Shown: positions 34,413-43,406 of the stretch, piece after piece
Numbering within the stretch: the first letter of the stretch is position 1
Layout of the letters: every line of letters starts with the position of its first letter
Source: a virus
Lineage: Duplodnaviria; Caudoviricetes
Direction: 5' to 3' (one strand)
DNA: 50,214 nucleotides
Virus record (IMG/VR): IMGVR_UViG_3300044698_000123
Span: 1 to 50,214 of that record
Translations under genes and position numbers: made by a program
The notes under the pieces: model-generated
What the model saw: only the letters and a program-made list of their open reading frames with translations
The model's database searches: none
Told to the model about the DNA's origin: nothing

Positions 34413-34961
34413 TCAGGTCTTCACGGTCACCTTGAGGCGGGCGTGGATCTCGTTGAGGGATTGCACCACGGCGGCCTTCAGCCCACCCACCATCGAGTCG
34501 TTCGCCGTCTTCAGGGCGTTCTCCATCGCAGACTCGATCGAAAACCGAAGGTGCTCGTCGATCATGAAGGCGATGCGCGTCGTACCGTTCTTCCGGTACA
34601 CGTTGTCGTAGTCCCGGTGGCTGCGGTCCCTACCCCTGGAGTCCACGGGCTCCTTGATCCATGCGGCGGCACGTTCCGTCATGTACTCCACGAACGTGAT
34701 CGCCTCGCCCTTTTCCTCGCCCCATTCGTTCGTGCGCTGGAGGGAGATCTTCTCGATCTCACCACGTAGGATCGGTTCCAGCGCGCCCTGAGCGGCGGCG
34801 TTCAGCGCGCCGTCCACCGTTTCCTGGACTCTGGTCCTGACGAGAGTCCGCACGATGCCGTCAACCTCGGTCGTGTTCAGGATCTCCTCCACGAGCTTGG
34901 TCGATGCGGCGTCGATGATGAGCCGCCGAAGCTCGGCGTCGGATGTGTCGATGACTGCCAT
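34413..34961 (-). CDS. Hypothetical protein
   Basis: GAGGAG RBS; 182 aa helical ORF. Confidence 0.7.
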   Translation of the reverse strand: MAVIDTSDAELRRLIIDAASTKLVEEILNTTEVDGIVRTLVRTRVQETVDGALNAAAQGALEPILRGEIEKISLQRTNEWGEEKGEAITFVEYMTERAAAWIKEPVDSRGRDRSHRDYDNVYRKNGTTRIAFMIDEHLRFSIESAMENALKTANDSMVGGLKAAVVQSLNEIHARLKVTVKT

Positions 34962-34989
34962 GGGTCGTGCTCCTCTGGGTGGTGTTGTT

Positions 34990-35703
34990 TCAGGCGGTGG
35001 GCTTCGGCTCCATCTCCGCTTCTTCTAGCCCGGCCATCATTTGCTCGGAGCATGATCTGCAAATGCCGTGCGACAGGCGGGCCCCGTTCTCAATCAAGAG
35101 TCCGTCGAGAAACGACGCGGGGGCGTCACACCATGAGCACGCGGACGCCAGGGCTTCCCCGTCTGGCACGTGAGCGTAGGAGACGCGATTGGCGACTCTG
35201 CTAATCTTGCCGTTGTCTGTCAGCCCAACGGCAGCGGCCACGTCGATCACCCTGACGCCGCGCGCCCGTAGATACCGAATCGCCCTGACCTGGTCGTCGG
35301 AAAAAAGGGACTTGACCAGGCCGATACGCATGGCGTGGACGTAGTTCTCCGTGGGCGTGACCCACTCCAGATTGTCCGGGTGGTTGTTGAGCTTGTCCCC
35401 GTCCTTGTGGTTCACGTGGTGGCGTGGGGTCGGGGGCGGGCCGTACCACGCCTCCGCGACAATGCGGTGGACCCTGGTGCTCCCCCACCGCGCGTAGCCC
35501 CCCGAGTCGATGGAGGCGCTACGACCAATCGGGGTGGTATGCCGAATGGGCACGCCCGCGTCGTTCAGCCTCTTCCGCACGTAGGTCCGCGACCTGCCTG
35601 TCATCCTGGCTAGTTCTTCGATGCCGCAGCACTTCCTGTAATGCGTCACGATGATGTCGGCCGCGGTGGACTCGGTGATGCCATTCAAGAAGGCGTGGCT
35701 CAC
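34990..35703 (-). CDS. HNH endonuclease with HTH domains and C-terminal CxxC...CxxC
   Basis: VHRIVAEAW, HVNHKDGDKLNNHPDNLEWVTPTENYVHA. Confidence 0.88.
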   Translation of the reverse strand: MSHAFLNGITESTAADIIVTHYRKCCGIEELARMTGRSRTYVRKRLNDAGVPIRHTTPIGRSASIDSGGYARWGSTRVHRIVAEAWYGPPPTPRHHVNHKDGDKLNNHPDNLEWVTPTENYVHAMRIGLVKSLFSDDQVRAIRYLRARGVRVIDVAAAVGLTDNGKISRVANRVSYAHVPDGEALASACSWCDAPASFLDGLLIENGARLSHGICRSCSEQMMAGLEEAEMEPKPTA

Positions 35704-35818
35704 GTGGACACCCTCACTGTCCATCCGATACCGGGCCGGTAGTGGCCGGTGGCGAAGACAACGGTCTTGGCCGGGACCTCGGTGATCTCGCCGGCCTTGC
35801 CGATCCAGCGCAGGGCCT

Positions 35819-36019
35819 TCATGCGGGCACCCTGCGCGCGAGAAGGCGGCGCGAGGCTTCCTCGAGCGCCGCGTGTTGCGACCCGATGGCGTCGGTCACG
35901 GACCACCGGGCGCGCTCCTGGTGGCCGTTCGTGGCGTCCGTGACATCGACCCACCCGGACATCCCGTCTGAGTAGGAGTCGGTGAAGTCGAAGTCGTCCG
36001 TCCAGTCCCAGCGCCTCAT
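35819..36019 (-). CDS. Hypothetical protein
   Basis: Coupled 66 aa ORF. Confidence 0.55.
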   Translation of the reverse strand: MRRWDWTDDFDFTDSYSDGMSGWVDVTDATNGHQERARWSVTDAIGSQHAALEEASRRLLARRVPA

Positions 36020-36501
36020 GCCGTCCTCCGTCGCCGGTACAGCGCGTGCAGGTTCTTGCCGCGCTCCGCCAGTTCGCGCTCGACAAGCGAGAGGCGCTTG
36101 GCGATGGGCCGGTAGCGGTCGAGGGCGTCGGCATGCTCAAGCGGGCCGATGAGCGCAGCCAGGTCCTCCGCGCCGTCCCGCGCCGACTCGACGTCCAACA
36201 GCACAAAGCCGTCTGCGGTCAAGCGCTCGTCGCTGGCCTTGGCGATGCACTCCAGTTCGTAGGCATCCTCCATCGCTTGCAGGAGCGCCAGGGGATCGGT
36301 GGCCGATCCGTTGATGAGCCGGACGCAGACGTCCAGCACGGCCCGGTTGTGGCGGTCGGTCACTTCGTGGCCGATGGTGCTCTCGGCCTTGCCCAGCGCG
36401 GCGCCGACGGCCCGAAGCGTCCCGGCGTGACGGATGGCCTCGTGGGCCAGGCGTGAGGCGTGGCGTTCGATGCGGAGCTTCCGCAGGCGTGTGCGTTCCA
36501 T
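36016..36501 (-). CDS. Putative HTH regulator (CII-like position)
   Basis: LRAVGAALGKAESTIGH. Confidence 0.5.
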   Translation of the reverse strand: MERTRLRKLRIERHASRLAHEAIRHAGTLRAVGAALGKAESTIGHEVTDRHNRAVLDVCVRLINGSATDPLALLQAMEDAYELECIAKASDERLTADGFVLLDVESARDGAEDLAALIGPLEHADALDRYRPIAKRLSLVERELAERGKNLHALYRRRRTA

Positions 36502-36504
36502 GGG

Positions 36505-36789
36505 TCAGCCCTCCCCGGTGGCCTTGGAGATGGCGGCTTCGAGCACACGGCACGAGTCCGTCAACTGGCCGTGCAGGCGCCACTCCATGGCCGCGTGCTT
36601 GGCGGCCTCCAGCAGGTCCGGCGCGGCTTCGATCAGGCGGGCCAGAGGTTCCTTGGGGTCGAGGTGCCGGAGTCGGCCATCGTCGCCCCGCGTTCTCATC
36701 TCTCCTGCAAGCACAACCGGACGGTGCCCATGGTCGGCCACCAAGGTGTGCCCCATCCATCTCCACGGTCCCAGCGTATGCTCGTTCAT
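36505..36789 (-). CDS. Hypothetical phage protein
   Basis: HTLGPW...ARLIEAAPDLLEA; GGAGG RBS. Confidence 0.7.
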   Translation of the reverse strand: MNEHTLGPWRWMGHTLVADHGHRPVVLAGEMRTRGDDGRLRHLDPKEPLARLIEAAPDLLEAAKHAAMEWRLHGQLTDSCRVLEAAISKATGEG

Positions 36790-36896
36790 GGCGTTGGCCT
36801 CCGATCTGGGTGGCGCAAACTCCGGGCGGATCCTTGCTGGCCTCCGTTGGCTCCCCGGTACAGGGTCCTGCATGCGACACATCTCGCTCATCATCG

Positions 36897-37199
36897 TCAG
36901 ACTGCCGGGGAGGCGACGCGCCGGTCGTTGGCGAACGTCGGTCTGCTGCTGCCGGCTGTTCCCGACGCGGCACCTCCCCTGCTGTCTTCCACCGGCACCA
37001 CCGGCACGGGCCACACGAAAGGGTCGGCGCCCAGCAGGCGCCCGGATCCGGCGCAGGAGCCGCAGGGACGACCGCGTTTCGAGCCTCGGCCGTCGCACCC
37101 CCGGCAGTAGTGGGTGTCTTCCACGCCCACGACCGTCAGGCCGTCGAGGGTGCGGAAGACCACCAGCTTCTGCGAGGGGGCCACCAGGCTATGCGACAT
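36897..37199 (-). CDS. Hypothetical protein with DnaJ-type CxxCxGxG pair
   Basis: CRGCDGRG...CGSCAGSG. Confidence 0.6.
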   Translation of the reverse strand: MSHSLVAPSQKLVVFRTLDGLTVVGVEDTHYCRGCDGRGSKRGRPCGSCAGSGRLLGADPFVWPVPVVPVEDSRGGAASGTAGSSRPTFANDRRVASPAV

Positions 37200-37461
37200 G
37201 GGTCCCCCGTTCCGCCCGGCACCGCTCGGCCTCGATCAGGGTGGCCATCCGGTCGCACAGAGCCGCCCACGTCTCAGGGCTCGGGGTCTTCACTCCGGCA
37301 TGGCTGGCAACGCTGTCCCGCCAGGCCGCGTTCATGGCCCGGAGCCGGTCCGGCAGGTCCGGGTCGCGCTGTTCCGCATCCGTCAGGTGGAGCCAGAGGT
37401 AATCCGAAAGACGGGTCACTTTCTTGGCGCGGGCAAACTGCTCATGAGGGCTATGCGACAT
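37189..37461 (-). CDS. Hypothetical protein flanked by 19-bp direct repeats
   Basis: GGCTATGCGACATGGGTCC at 37187 and 37449. Confidence 0.6.
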   Translation of the reverse strand: MSHSPHEQFARAKKVTRLSDYLWLHLTDAEQRDPDLPDRLRAMNAAWRDSVASHAGVKTPSPETWAALCDRMATLIEAERCRAERGTHVA

Positions 37462-38254
37462 GGGTCCTCCGGGCGTATTCCGTCATGAGCGCACTGCACA
37501 GGTCCCGGGTGTCCCGGATGCGGGCGAGGTCGTCCTGCGTCAGGGCGAGGGCGGCGACGGCCACGTCCTCACGGGTGTACGGCACCACGGGCAGGACGAA
37601 GGAGCGGGCCACCATGAGCACGACGTCAGCGGGCGAATCAGATGCGAGGGGCTGGACTCTCGGGCCGTCCTCCGCGTCTGCCTCTGCGGTCGGTACGTCC
37701 TGCTCGTCCACGGGGGGGACTTCCGCGATTTCGGGAGCCGTGACCACGGACTCCACCCTCTCATCTGCTCCGCTCCGCTCTTCTCTGGGCTTCGGCTTCG
37801 TGGTTGCCTTCTGCTTCCGCTGGCTGATCGGCACGTACTTGTGCGCCGTCTCCCGGATGCGCTCGGCGGTGACCGGCTTGGCCTCGGACGCGGCCTGCTC
37901 CCGGGCCTCGGTCAGGACGGTGGCGCGGTGCTCGGGGGGCACGTCCTTGAGGGCGCGGGCCTGGCGCTCGTTTTTCGGTACCATGGTACCGGTTTCGGCC
38001 AGCGAGGCCACCACCTCATGGGCGTCGATCAACTGGCGGGCGCGGCGGTCGTTCCATCCCCAACGCTCTCGGCAGTATGCCTCGAATGTGTCGTGGCTGG
38101 TGCGGTACAACTGCCGCTCGCGGATGAGGGCGAGCGCGGCGCCGACCTCCACGAAGGTGGTCATGCCCCGCTCGATGATGCCCTCCATGTCCGTGAGGGC
38201 CAGCGATTCGGCCTCGGTGAGGGGGGCGGGCCGGGGGGCTGCGGGGGTGGTCAT
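37451..38254 (-). CDS. Conserved phage early DNA-binding-like protein
   Basis: FVEVGAALALIRERQLYR..TFEAYCRERW, NERQARAL. Confidence 0.7.
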   Translation of the reverse strand: MTTPAAPRPAPLTEAESLALTDMEGIIERGMTTFVEVGAALALIRERQLYRTSHDTFEAYCRERWGWNDRRARQLIDAHEVVASLAETGTMVPKNERQARALKDVPPEHRATVLTEAREQAASEAKPVTAERIRETAHKYVPISQRKQKATTKPKPREERSGADERVESVVTAPEIAEVPPVDEQDVPTAEADAEDGPRVQPLASDSPADVVLMVARSFVLPVVPYTREDVAVAALALTQDDLARIRDTRDLCSALMTEYARRTHVA

Positions 38255-38255
38255 A

Positions 38256-38453
38256 TCAGGCCACCCTCGCCTTCGCCCACTCGTCCACTTCGGCGATGTC
38301 GAACCGGATGATGTTTCCGATCCTGCGGTGCGGCGGGGCGTCTTCGAGATTGAGCCACCGGCGAACCGTGCGCTCCGAGACGCCGAAGTGCTGGGCGACG
38401 TCCTCCACCGTGGCGTCCGGTTTCGGGGCGATTACGTGTCCGTTGCTGTCCAT
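38256..38453 (-). CDS. Cro/Xis-like HTH protein, first gene of the leftward operon
   Basis: TVEDVAQHFGVSERTVRRW...IRFDIAEVDEW. Confidence 0.8.
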   Translation of the reverse strand: MDSNGHVIAPKPDATVEDVAQHFGVSERTVRRWLNLEDAPPHRRIGNIIRFDIAEVDEWAKARVA

Positions 38454-38494
38454 TCGTGGCACCCGTAGGTTGGTGGCGTGTCTTGCTACGGATC

Positions 38495-38524
38495 ACAATG
38501 GCACGGACTGTCCGTGTCTGTCAA
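38495..38524 (-). promoter_or_regulatory. Candidate early lytic promoter with operator palindrome in the spacer
   Basis: TTGACA-18 nt-CATTGT; CACGGA-CTG-TCCGTG at 38502-38516. Confidence 0.55.
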
Positions 38525-38533
38525 GGACTTTCT

Positions 38534-38929
38534 ATGACATTTCGTGACGCCACAGACGAGGAGATCGCCACGGAGGTCCTCAAGCGTTTGCGCGCCAAGG
38601 GCTTACGTTCGGTGCGCCAGATGGAGAAGGCGTGCCCCGCCAACCGGACGACGCTGGCGGCGTGGCGGAATGGGCGCTACGGGATGAAGGGGCCGACCCG
38701 GGAGGCGTGCATCGAGTGGTTGGGCGAGGCGCCCGTCGCGGCCGCACCCCTCACCGAATCAGACGAAAAGCGCATCGCCGCCAAGTGGATGGAGAGGACG
38801 GCTGAGCGTCTGAGGGCGGAGGCTACCGAATCAACCGCAACCGGGGACATGGGTGCTGTCCCGATGAAGAAGGGCCGAGCCATGACACGTCGGCCCGGCA
38901 GACGGAAACGCGGGTCGGGTGAGCCCTGA
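38534..38929 (+). CDS. Putative XRE-type immunity repressor without a peptidase domain
   Basis: Divergent from the Cro-like gene; SVRQMEKACPANRTTLAAWRNG helix-turn-helix; AAGGA RBS. Confidence 0.65.
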   Translation: MTFRDATDEEIATEVLKRLRAKGLRSVRQMEKACPANRTTLAAWRNGRYGMKGPTREACIEWLGEAPVAAAPLTESDEKRIAAKWMERTAERLRAEATESTATGDMGAVPMKKGRAMTRRPGRRKRGSGEP

Positions 38930-39056
38930 TGGCCGCCAGCTCGTCGGGCGTGAGAATCCGAACCAGGATCACGTCCCCGTTGTCGTCCGTGCCGATGATG
39001 TCACCGGGCCGCAGGTCGGTCCCCGGGATGGGCAGCGTAATGCGGGCGTCTGGCAT
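38823..39056 (-). CDS. Small hypothetical protein overlapping the repressor 3' end in antisense
   Basis: AAAGGA RBS; MPDARITLPIPGTDLRPGDII. Confidence 0.4.
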   Translation of the reverse strand: MPDARITLPIPGTDLRPGDIIGTDDNGDVILVRILTPDELAAIRAHPTRVSVCRADVSWLGPSSSGQHPCPRLRLIR

Positions 39057-39143
39057 GCTGGATCCGTCCTTTCTCTGGTGGGTTGAGGCAGGACCGGGGA
39101 CATTGAAACGGGAGGAACGGATGCGGGATAGCTGGATGGGACG

Positions 39144-39302
39144 ATGGACCCGACACCGGTGACCGTGGTGCGCGTGGACATGACCTTCGGGGCGGTCCTC
39201 GCGCTGGTCTGGAAGGTCGCGCTGGCCTCGGCCGTGATCTGGATTGGCGTCGCGGCTCTTGTGGCGCTGGCGTACTACGTGGGGTACGTGCTGGGCAGGT
39301 AG
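39144..39302 (+). CDS. 52 aa membrane protein (not in the ORF track)
   Basis: MDPTPVTVVRVDMTFGAVLALVWKVALASAVIWIGVAALVALAYYVGYVLGR. Confidence 0.55.
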   Translation: MDPTPVTVVRVDMTFGAVLALVWKVALASAVIWIGVAALVALAYYVGYVLGR

Positions 39303-39445
39303 GGGCGCTTTGGAGGTTCCGGGTGGTCGAATCCCTACCCCGGCACGACCGCCTGCACGACAGCCGTCCCGACTCCGATCCCGCCGACGATCTGCCAGAG
39401 CCGGGCCGACCGCGTAAGTCCTTATCCCGCAACGCAATATAGTTG

Positions 39446-39474
39446 TTGACTCTCCGGTCCTGTAGTGCTATACT
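39446..39474 (+). promoter_or_regulatory. Strong sigma70-type promoter
   Basis: TTGACT-17 nt-TATACT with extended -10 TG. Confidence 0.8.
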
Positions 39475-39559
39475 ATATGTACGGCGGACGATGGAGCCGC
39501 CGGGCCAGAGCGGACGGCCGACCACCCAGCCCGCACCGCACACCTCATGGAGGGTTGAC

Positions 39560-39848
39560 CATGGACAGCACCAAGCACACGCCGGAGCCGTGGGGATGGA
39601 ACATGCACGATATGGACGGACGGACGAAATGGTACATCCGCGAGCACCCGTGGCACCATGCCGGGCCAGTGGCCCAAGGCGGGCGGGCGATTTGCAAGGT
39701 GTCCGCCGTGGTCGGAAACACTGCCGCAAGGGCCAACGCCTCCCGCATCGTGGCGTGCGTCAACGCGTGCGCCGGTATCGAGGACCCCGCTTCCGAGCTG
39801 GCCCGGCTCCGCAGGGTGGAGGCGGCGGCGCGGGCGGCGGCCGACTGA
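39560..39848 (+). CDS. Hypothetical phage protein
   Basis: GGAGG RBS; HTPEPW...ANASRIVACVNACAGI. Confidence 0.7.
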
Positions 39849-39854
39849 AGCCCC

Positions 39855-40046
39855 ATGACCCCCCGCGAATACCGCACCCTCGTCGCCCGACTCGGTGGCC
39901 CGAGCGCAGCAGCCCGCGCGCTCGGTGTCCACCGGGTGACGGTGCACGGACGTATGCGGGGCTCGGTGCGCTACCCCATCGACACGGAAGCGGAGCTCGC
40001 TATCCGGAGGCTGGTGGAGGAGCGGGTCAGCGCACCGCGCCAATAG
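39855..40046 (+). CDS. Small HTH protein
   Basis: GGPSAAARALGVHRVTV. Confidence 0.7.
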   Translation: MTPREYRTLVARLGGPSAAARALGVHRVTVHGRMRGSVRYPIDTEAELAIRRLVEERVSAPRQ

Positions 40047-40620
40047 CCAACACGGCCACCGCGCCCCCGATGACCAGACGGCTATTCCGCTCGGCTTTCA
40101 CCGCTCGCCTCTCAGCCATCCCGAGCCGGTCCATCGCCTCGAGGAGCGTAGCGTTCGAAGCCTCGTGGGCCTCGTGTTCTCCCAGTCGCGCAATCTCCTC
40201 CAGCGTGGCCCGCCGCTCCCAGAGCGCAGCCCGGTCCCGCAGGCTCGCTTTCTCGTCCGCTTCCGCCACGGCCAGCGCAGAGTCAGCCGCCATGTGCTCA
40301 TCCCAGGAGGCCGTAGATGCCCCCAGGCTGTCCAGGAGCGCGCGGACCGTGGCTCCGGTGGACTGAGCCGTGCGCGTCTCTTGAGCGGCACGCTGGATCG
40401 CTTCACGCTCGCGTTCGGCGGATGCGGCGAGCGCCCGGGGCATCGTGTCCCTCATCACGTCCAACTCCGCAATCGCCGAATCCGCCCGATGCTCTGCCTC
40501 GACCCGCGCCGAATCGAGCCGGGCCAGCGCGCCGGATGCGTCGGGCACCCGGGGCGTGAGCGCCCATGACAGGACGATCCAGGCGACGGCACCGGCCAGG
40601 AGGGTGAGGGCGGTCTTCAA
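40027..40620 (-). CDS. Spanin-like membrane-anchored coiled-coil protein
   Basis: N- and C-terminal hydrophobic segments, Ala/Glu/Arg-rich coiled coil, directly after the endolysin (TTGA overlap). Confidence 0.55.
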   Translation of the reverse strand: MKTALTLLAGAVAWIVLSWALTPRVPDASGALARLDSARVEAEHRADSAIAELDVMRDTMPRALAASAEREREAIQRAAQETRTAQSTGATVRALLDSLGASTASWDEHMAADSALAVAEADEKASLRDRAALWERRATLEEIARLGEHEAHEASNATLLEAMDRLGMAERRAVKAERNSRLVIGGAVAVLAIGAVR

Positions 40621-41027
40621 GGCCTTACCTGCCAGTGTGGAAGATCTCGTTTCTTGCCCGGCCAGTCGCCGCCCCATTCCACATGGATACCGAGATGCAG
40701 CGCCGTCGCCTGGACGAAGCCAGCAAGCCGGTAGAACCGGCTCTCGTCGTCCCAATCAATCGGCCACGGTGCCACGTCCACGGCCAGGCCCCGGCCCGCC
40801 GTATCAGTGCGTTGGTGATTCGACAGGTGGGTGACGCCGTCTGCGTAGGTGACGATCCGGCCTTTCGCCGTGCGGCCCTGAGCGTAGAGGGCCTGCTGGC
40901 GTTCGGTGGTGCGACGACCCTCCAGGATCGTCACGTCGAAGTCCTTGATGACCTCGGTGAACAGCCGCTGTAGGTCCGGGTGTGCCGTCGCCAGTTCGCG
41001 TTTCGACCGCTCGCCAAATTCGGGCAT
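40617..41027 (-). CDS. Endolysin, M15 family L-Ala-D-Glu peptidase
   Basis: EGRRTTERQQALYAQGRT, SNH, AVDV, WGGDW, DLPHWQ. Confidence 0.93.
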   Translation of the reverse strand: MPEFGERSKRELATAHPDLQRLFTEVIKDFDVTILEGRRTTERQQALYAQGRTAKGRIVTYADGVTHLSNHQRTDTAGRGLAVDVAPWPIDWDDESRFYRLAGFVQATALHLGIHVEWGGDWPGKKRDLPHWQVRP

Positions 41028-41360
41028 CTATTTGTCCTCCATCGTGTACGTGGACTCGGACTGGGTGCGCGTGGTGCGCCGTGAGAGCAGTCCGCCGATC
41101 TGCGGGAATAGATACTGGAACGAGCGCGGCCCGATCACCCATGCACCGAGGACCATGAAGATCGTCACGTCCAACGAGCCGATAAACACGCTGAGCACGT
41201 CGCTGTCCGGCGGGGTGGCGAGGCCGAAAATGATCGCATTGATCCAGAGCCAGTTGAGCGCGATGTGCAGGACGAATAGCAGGCGGCCAATCGAGAACTT
41301 GCCCTGCTCATCACTCATCGCCTCGCCGATCTGCCGGGCCAGGCTCCGCTTCGCCCTCAC
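41028..41360 (-). CDS. Putative holin (2 TM; alternative start at 41318)
   Basis: GKFSIGRLLF plus two TM segments; directly upstream of the endolysin. Confidence 0.6.
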   Translation of the reverse strand: MRAKRSLARQIGEAMSDEQGKFSIGRLLFVLHIALNWLWINAIIFGLATPPDSDVLSVFIGSLDVTIFMVLGAWVIGPRSFQYLFPQIGGLLSRRTTRTQSESTYTMEDK

Positions 41361-41596
41361 GGCTGCCACCCTTCGAGTCGGATGAACTCGTGGAAGCCGC
41401 ACCCCTCAGTCGTGCAGACCACCGACGGAGAGACGGTCCCGTCGTCCGCGATTTGGTGACTGCCTTTGAGGTGGCCCATAAGCCCACAGTTCGGGCATCC
41501 GATTACCGCAGAGCGGACACCATCCGCATCGACCGTAGGCCGGTACTGAGCCCCCTTTGGCCATGACCCTGACGGCAGGGGGGTAAACGCCCTCAT
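41357..41596 (-). CDS. Small Cys/His Zn-binding protein (DUF6527-like)
   Basis: CPNCG...TVSPSVVC...CGFHEFI. Confidence 0.65.
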   Translation of the reverse strand: MRAFTPLPSGSWPKGAQYRPTVDADGVRSAVIGCPNCGLMGHLKGSHQIADDGTVSPSVVCTTEGCGFHEFIRLEGWQP

Positions 41597-41682
41597 GGCT
41601 CCCCCCGGAACCACCGCCACAGATGCCAGCAGCCGAGCGCCAGGGCCACGACGACTACGGCCAGACCGATGGCCGTCAGCAT
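41593..41682 (-). CDS. 29 aa membrane peptide
   Basis: MLTAIGLAVVVVALALGCWHLWRWF; GGAGG RBS, coupled. Confidence 0.5.
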   Translation of the reverse strand: MLTAIGLAVVVVALALGCWHLWRWFRGEP

Positions 41683-41837
41683 CAGAACCTCCCGGCAAAC
41701 GTGAGCACGAGCCACCCGATCAGGACTACGATTAGCGCACCGTCCAGGATGCGCGGCACCGGAGGCCGCATTGCGATGACGCGGCCCAGCAGCCACAGGA
41801 CCACGACGACGGCGGCGACGATCTGTAGGATGCTCAT
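41682..41837 (-). CDS. 51 aa two-TM protein (not in the ORF track)
   Basis: MSILQIVAAVVVVLWLLGRV...ALIVVLIGWLVLTFAGRF; GGAGG RBS, ATGA overlap. Confidence 0.6.
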   Translation of the reverse strand: MSILQIVAAVVVVLWLLGRVIAMRPPVPRILDGALIVVLIGWLVLTFAGRF

Positions 41838-42418
41838 GGTGCACCTCCTCCCTCAGTGGCAGCGAAAAACCGCAGCGTGAATGTGGCGATCCCCAAGAGC
41901 AGTCCTATCCCGCCGAAGACCGCACCGATGACACCGAACATCAGCGCGCGGTCGGACGCCTTCTTCGCGATCCCGGCGACGCTCGACGCCTCACCGGACC
42001 GTTTGGCGATGTCGATAGTCACGCGCGAGTCAAGGGCCGTGAGCGCCGCCGTGGCCTCCTCCTTGTTCGCCTGATCCACGTCCTTCAGCGCCTGAAGCTG
42101 TCGGCTGAGGTCGGCGACCTGGGTCGCCAGCGCGGCGCTCGCCCCGTCCTTGATTGTCTGGATGGCCGCTCGGACGTCGGTCATCTGCTCCTCATACCGG
42201 CTGCTGCTCACCGTGGACTGAGCGACCTCTTGAGCCCGTGCGTGGGCGTGGTTCAGGTCGCCCAAGCGCCGCTCGATTTCCGCCGTGCGAATCAGGAGCG
42301 CGGCGACGTCCGAGCCTTTCTGCTGGTCCCACAGTTCGCGGACGTGCCCGACCTCGCGCCGGATGTGCTCGATCTCGCGATCAACGAACTTCTGGCTGGC
42401 GGCTTCCTCGGCGGTCAC
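41834..42418 (-). CDS. Coiled-coil protein with C-terminal TM segment
   Basis: Heptad-rich body ending LMFGVIGAVFGGIGLLLGIATF. Confidence 0.7.
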   Translation of the reverse strand: MTAEEAASQKFVDREIEHIRREVGHVRELWDQQKGSDVAALLIRTAEIERRLGDLNHAHARAQEVAQSTVSSSRYEEQMTDVRAAIQTIKDGASAALATQVADLSRQLQALKDVDQANKEEATAALTALDSRVTIDIAKRSGEASSVAGIAKKASDRALMFGVIGAVFGGIGLLLGIATFTLRFFAATEGGGAP

Positions 42419-42421
42419 GGC

Positions 42422-42826
42422 TTACGCCTCTCGTCCCTGGATCGCGTCCTCACGCCGCCGCACCTTGTCCAGCATCTGCACCAACAACTCGATGGCCACC
42501 CGGACCTCGGGCCGCTCAGCTTCCAGGGCCGCGCGGATCCGGTCCAGGTCGTCCGCGATCGTGGCGAAGCGCGTCTCCCAGCCCATGACGACGCGCTCAA
42601 GACGCAGCACCTTTTCCCCCAGCTCGTCGTTCTCCGATTCGGTCGCTTCAAGCCGTGCCTGGAGGTCTGTGTAGAAACGCTCTTGCCCGTCCATGCGGCG
42701 CACGGTCACGGCGGCATCGTCGCGCCGAACCTGGGAGCGCTGGCGGATGCGCTCGGATACGTAGGGGGCGAGCACGGCCACGAGCAACGATACCAGGCCG
42801 GCGACGACAGCGGGCTCGGCCCACAT
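42422..42826 (-). CDS. N-terminal TM plus coiled-coil protein
   Basis: MWAEPAVVAGLVSLLVAVLAP; TGATG overlap. Confidence 0.7.
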   Translation of the reverse strand: MWAEPAVVAGLVSLLVAVLAPYVSERIRQRSQVRRDDAAVTVRRMDGQERFYTDLQARLEATESENDELGEKVLRLERVVMGWETRFATIADDLDRIRAALEAERPEVRVAIELLVQMLDKVRRREDAIQGREA

Positions 42827-43239
42827 CAGCGCATCCCCTTCGGTGGATACAGCAGGTAAAGGCGGAGGTAGACCCAGAGCGACGCGACGGCGAGGCCGAA
42901 GACGATGGGCACGAGGATGAGGTCGGAAGGCGGCGTGTAGCAGAACGTGGCGAGGACGAAGGTCCAGAGCGAGGCCGACGCCAGAGCGCTCCGGCGGCAC
43001 ATGTGGACGTTGTTTTTCCAGAGCGCCATGCCGCCTCCGATTCCGTGAACCACCAGTAGCCCGCCGAGCGCCACGTCCGGCACCGAGCCGAGTAGCGTGC
43101 CGTCCGTGAATCCGTTTGGTCCCGGCCACCAGAGCCACAGTCCCGCCACCAACACCTCGCCCACGAGCGCCACTTCGAGCGCATGCGTGCGCCACTCGGT
43201 CAGTGCATGGACGAGCCACACCTTGAGCGCCTCGATCAC
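42826..43239 (-). CDS. Four-TM membrane protein
   Basis: Four hydrophobic segments; coupled. Confidence 0.7.
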   Translation of the reverse strand: MIEALKVWLVHALTEWRTHALEVALVGEVLVAGLWLWWPGPNGFTDGTLLGSVPDVALGGLLVVHGIGGGMALWKNNVHMCRRSALASASLWTFVLATFCYTPPSDLILVPIVFGLAVASLWVYLRLYLLYPPKGMR

Positions 43240-43406
43240 GGGGCCTCCTCGCCCGGCGCGGGCCGGAGAAACGCGACCTCCTCTTCAAGCCTGCGGATCA
43301 CGTCCTCGTACCGGAGCACGGCCAGGATGTACTGCACGCGCATCAGCATGAGCAGCAGCACTACGAGCCCGGGAAGCGACGCCTCCGCAATCTGCTCTAT
43401 GCCCAT
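43236..43406 (-). CDS. 56 aa TM plus short coiled-coil protein
   Basis: MGIEQIAEASLPGLVVLLLMLMRVQYILAVLRYEDVIRRLEEEVAFLR; GGAGG RBS. Confidence 0.6.
   Translation of the reverse strand: MGIEQIAEASLPGLVVLLLMLMRVQYILAVLRYEDVIRRLEEEVAFLRPAPGEEAP

Noticed and set aside
36453-38468. 671 aa + strand ORF and similar long ORFs (for example 10604-12727, 8575-9996, 28157-29485)
   Set aside because: Shadow frames of high-GC genes: Arg/Ser/Gly-rich, no motifs, overlapping well-supported genes
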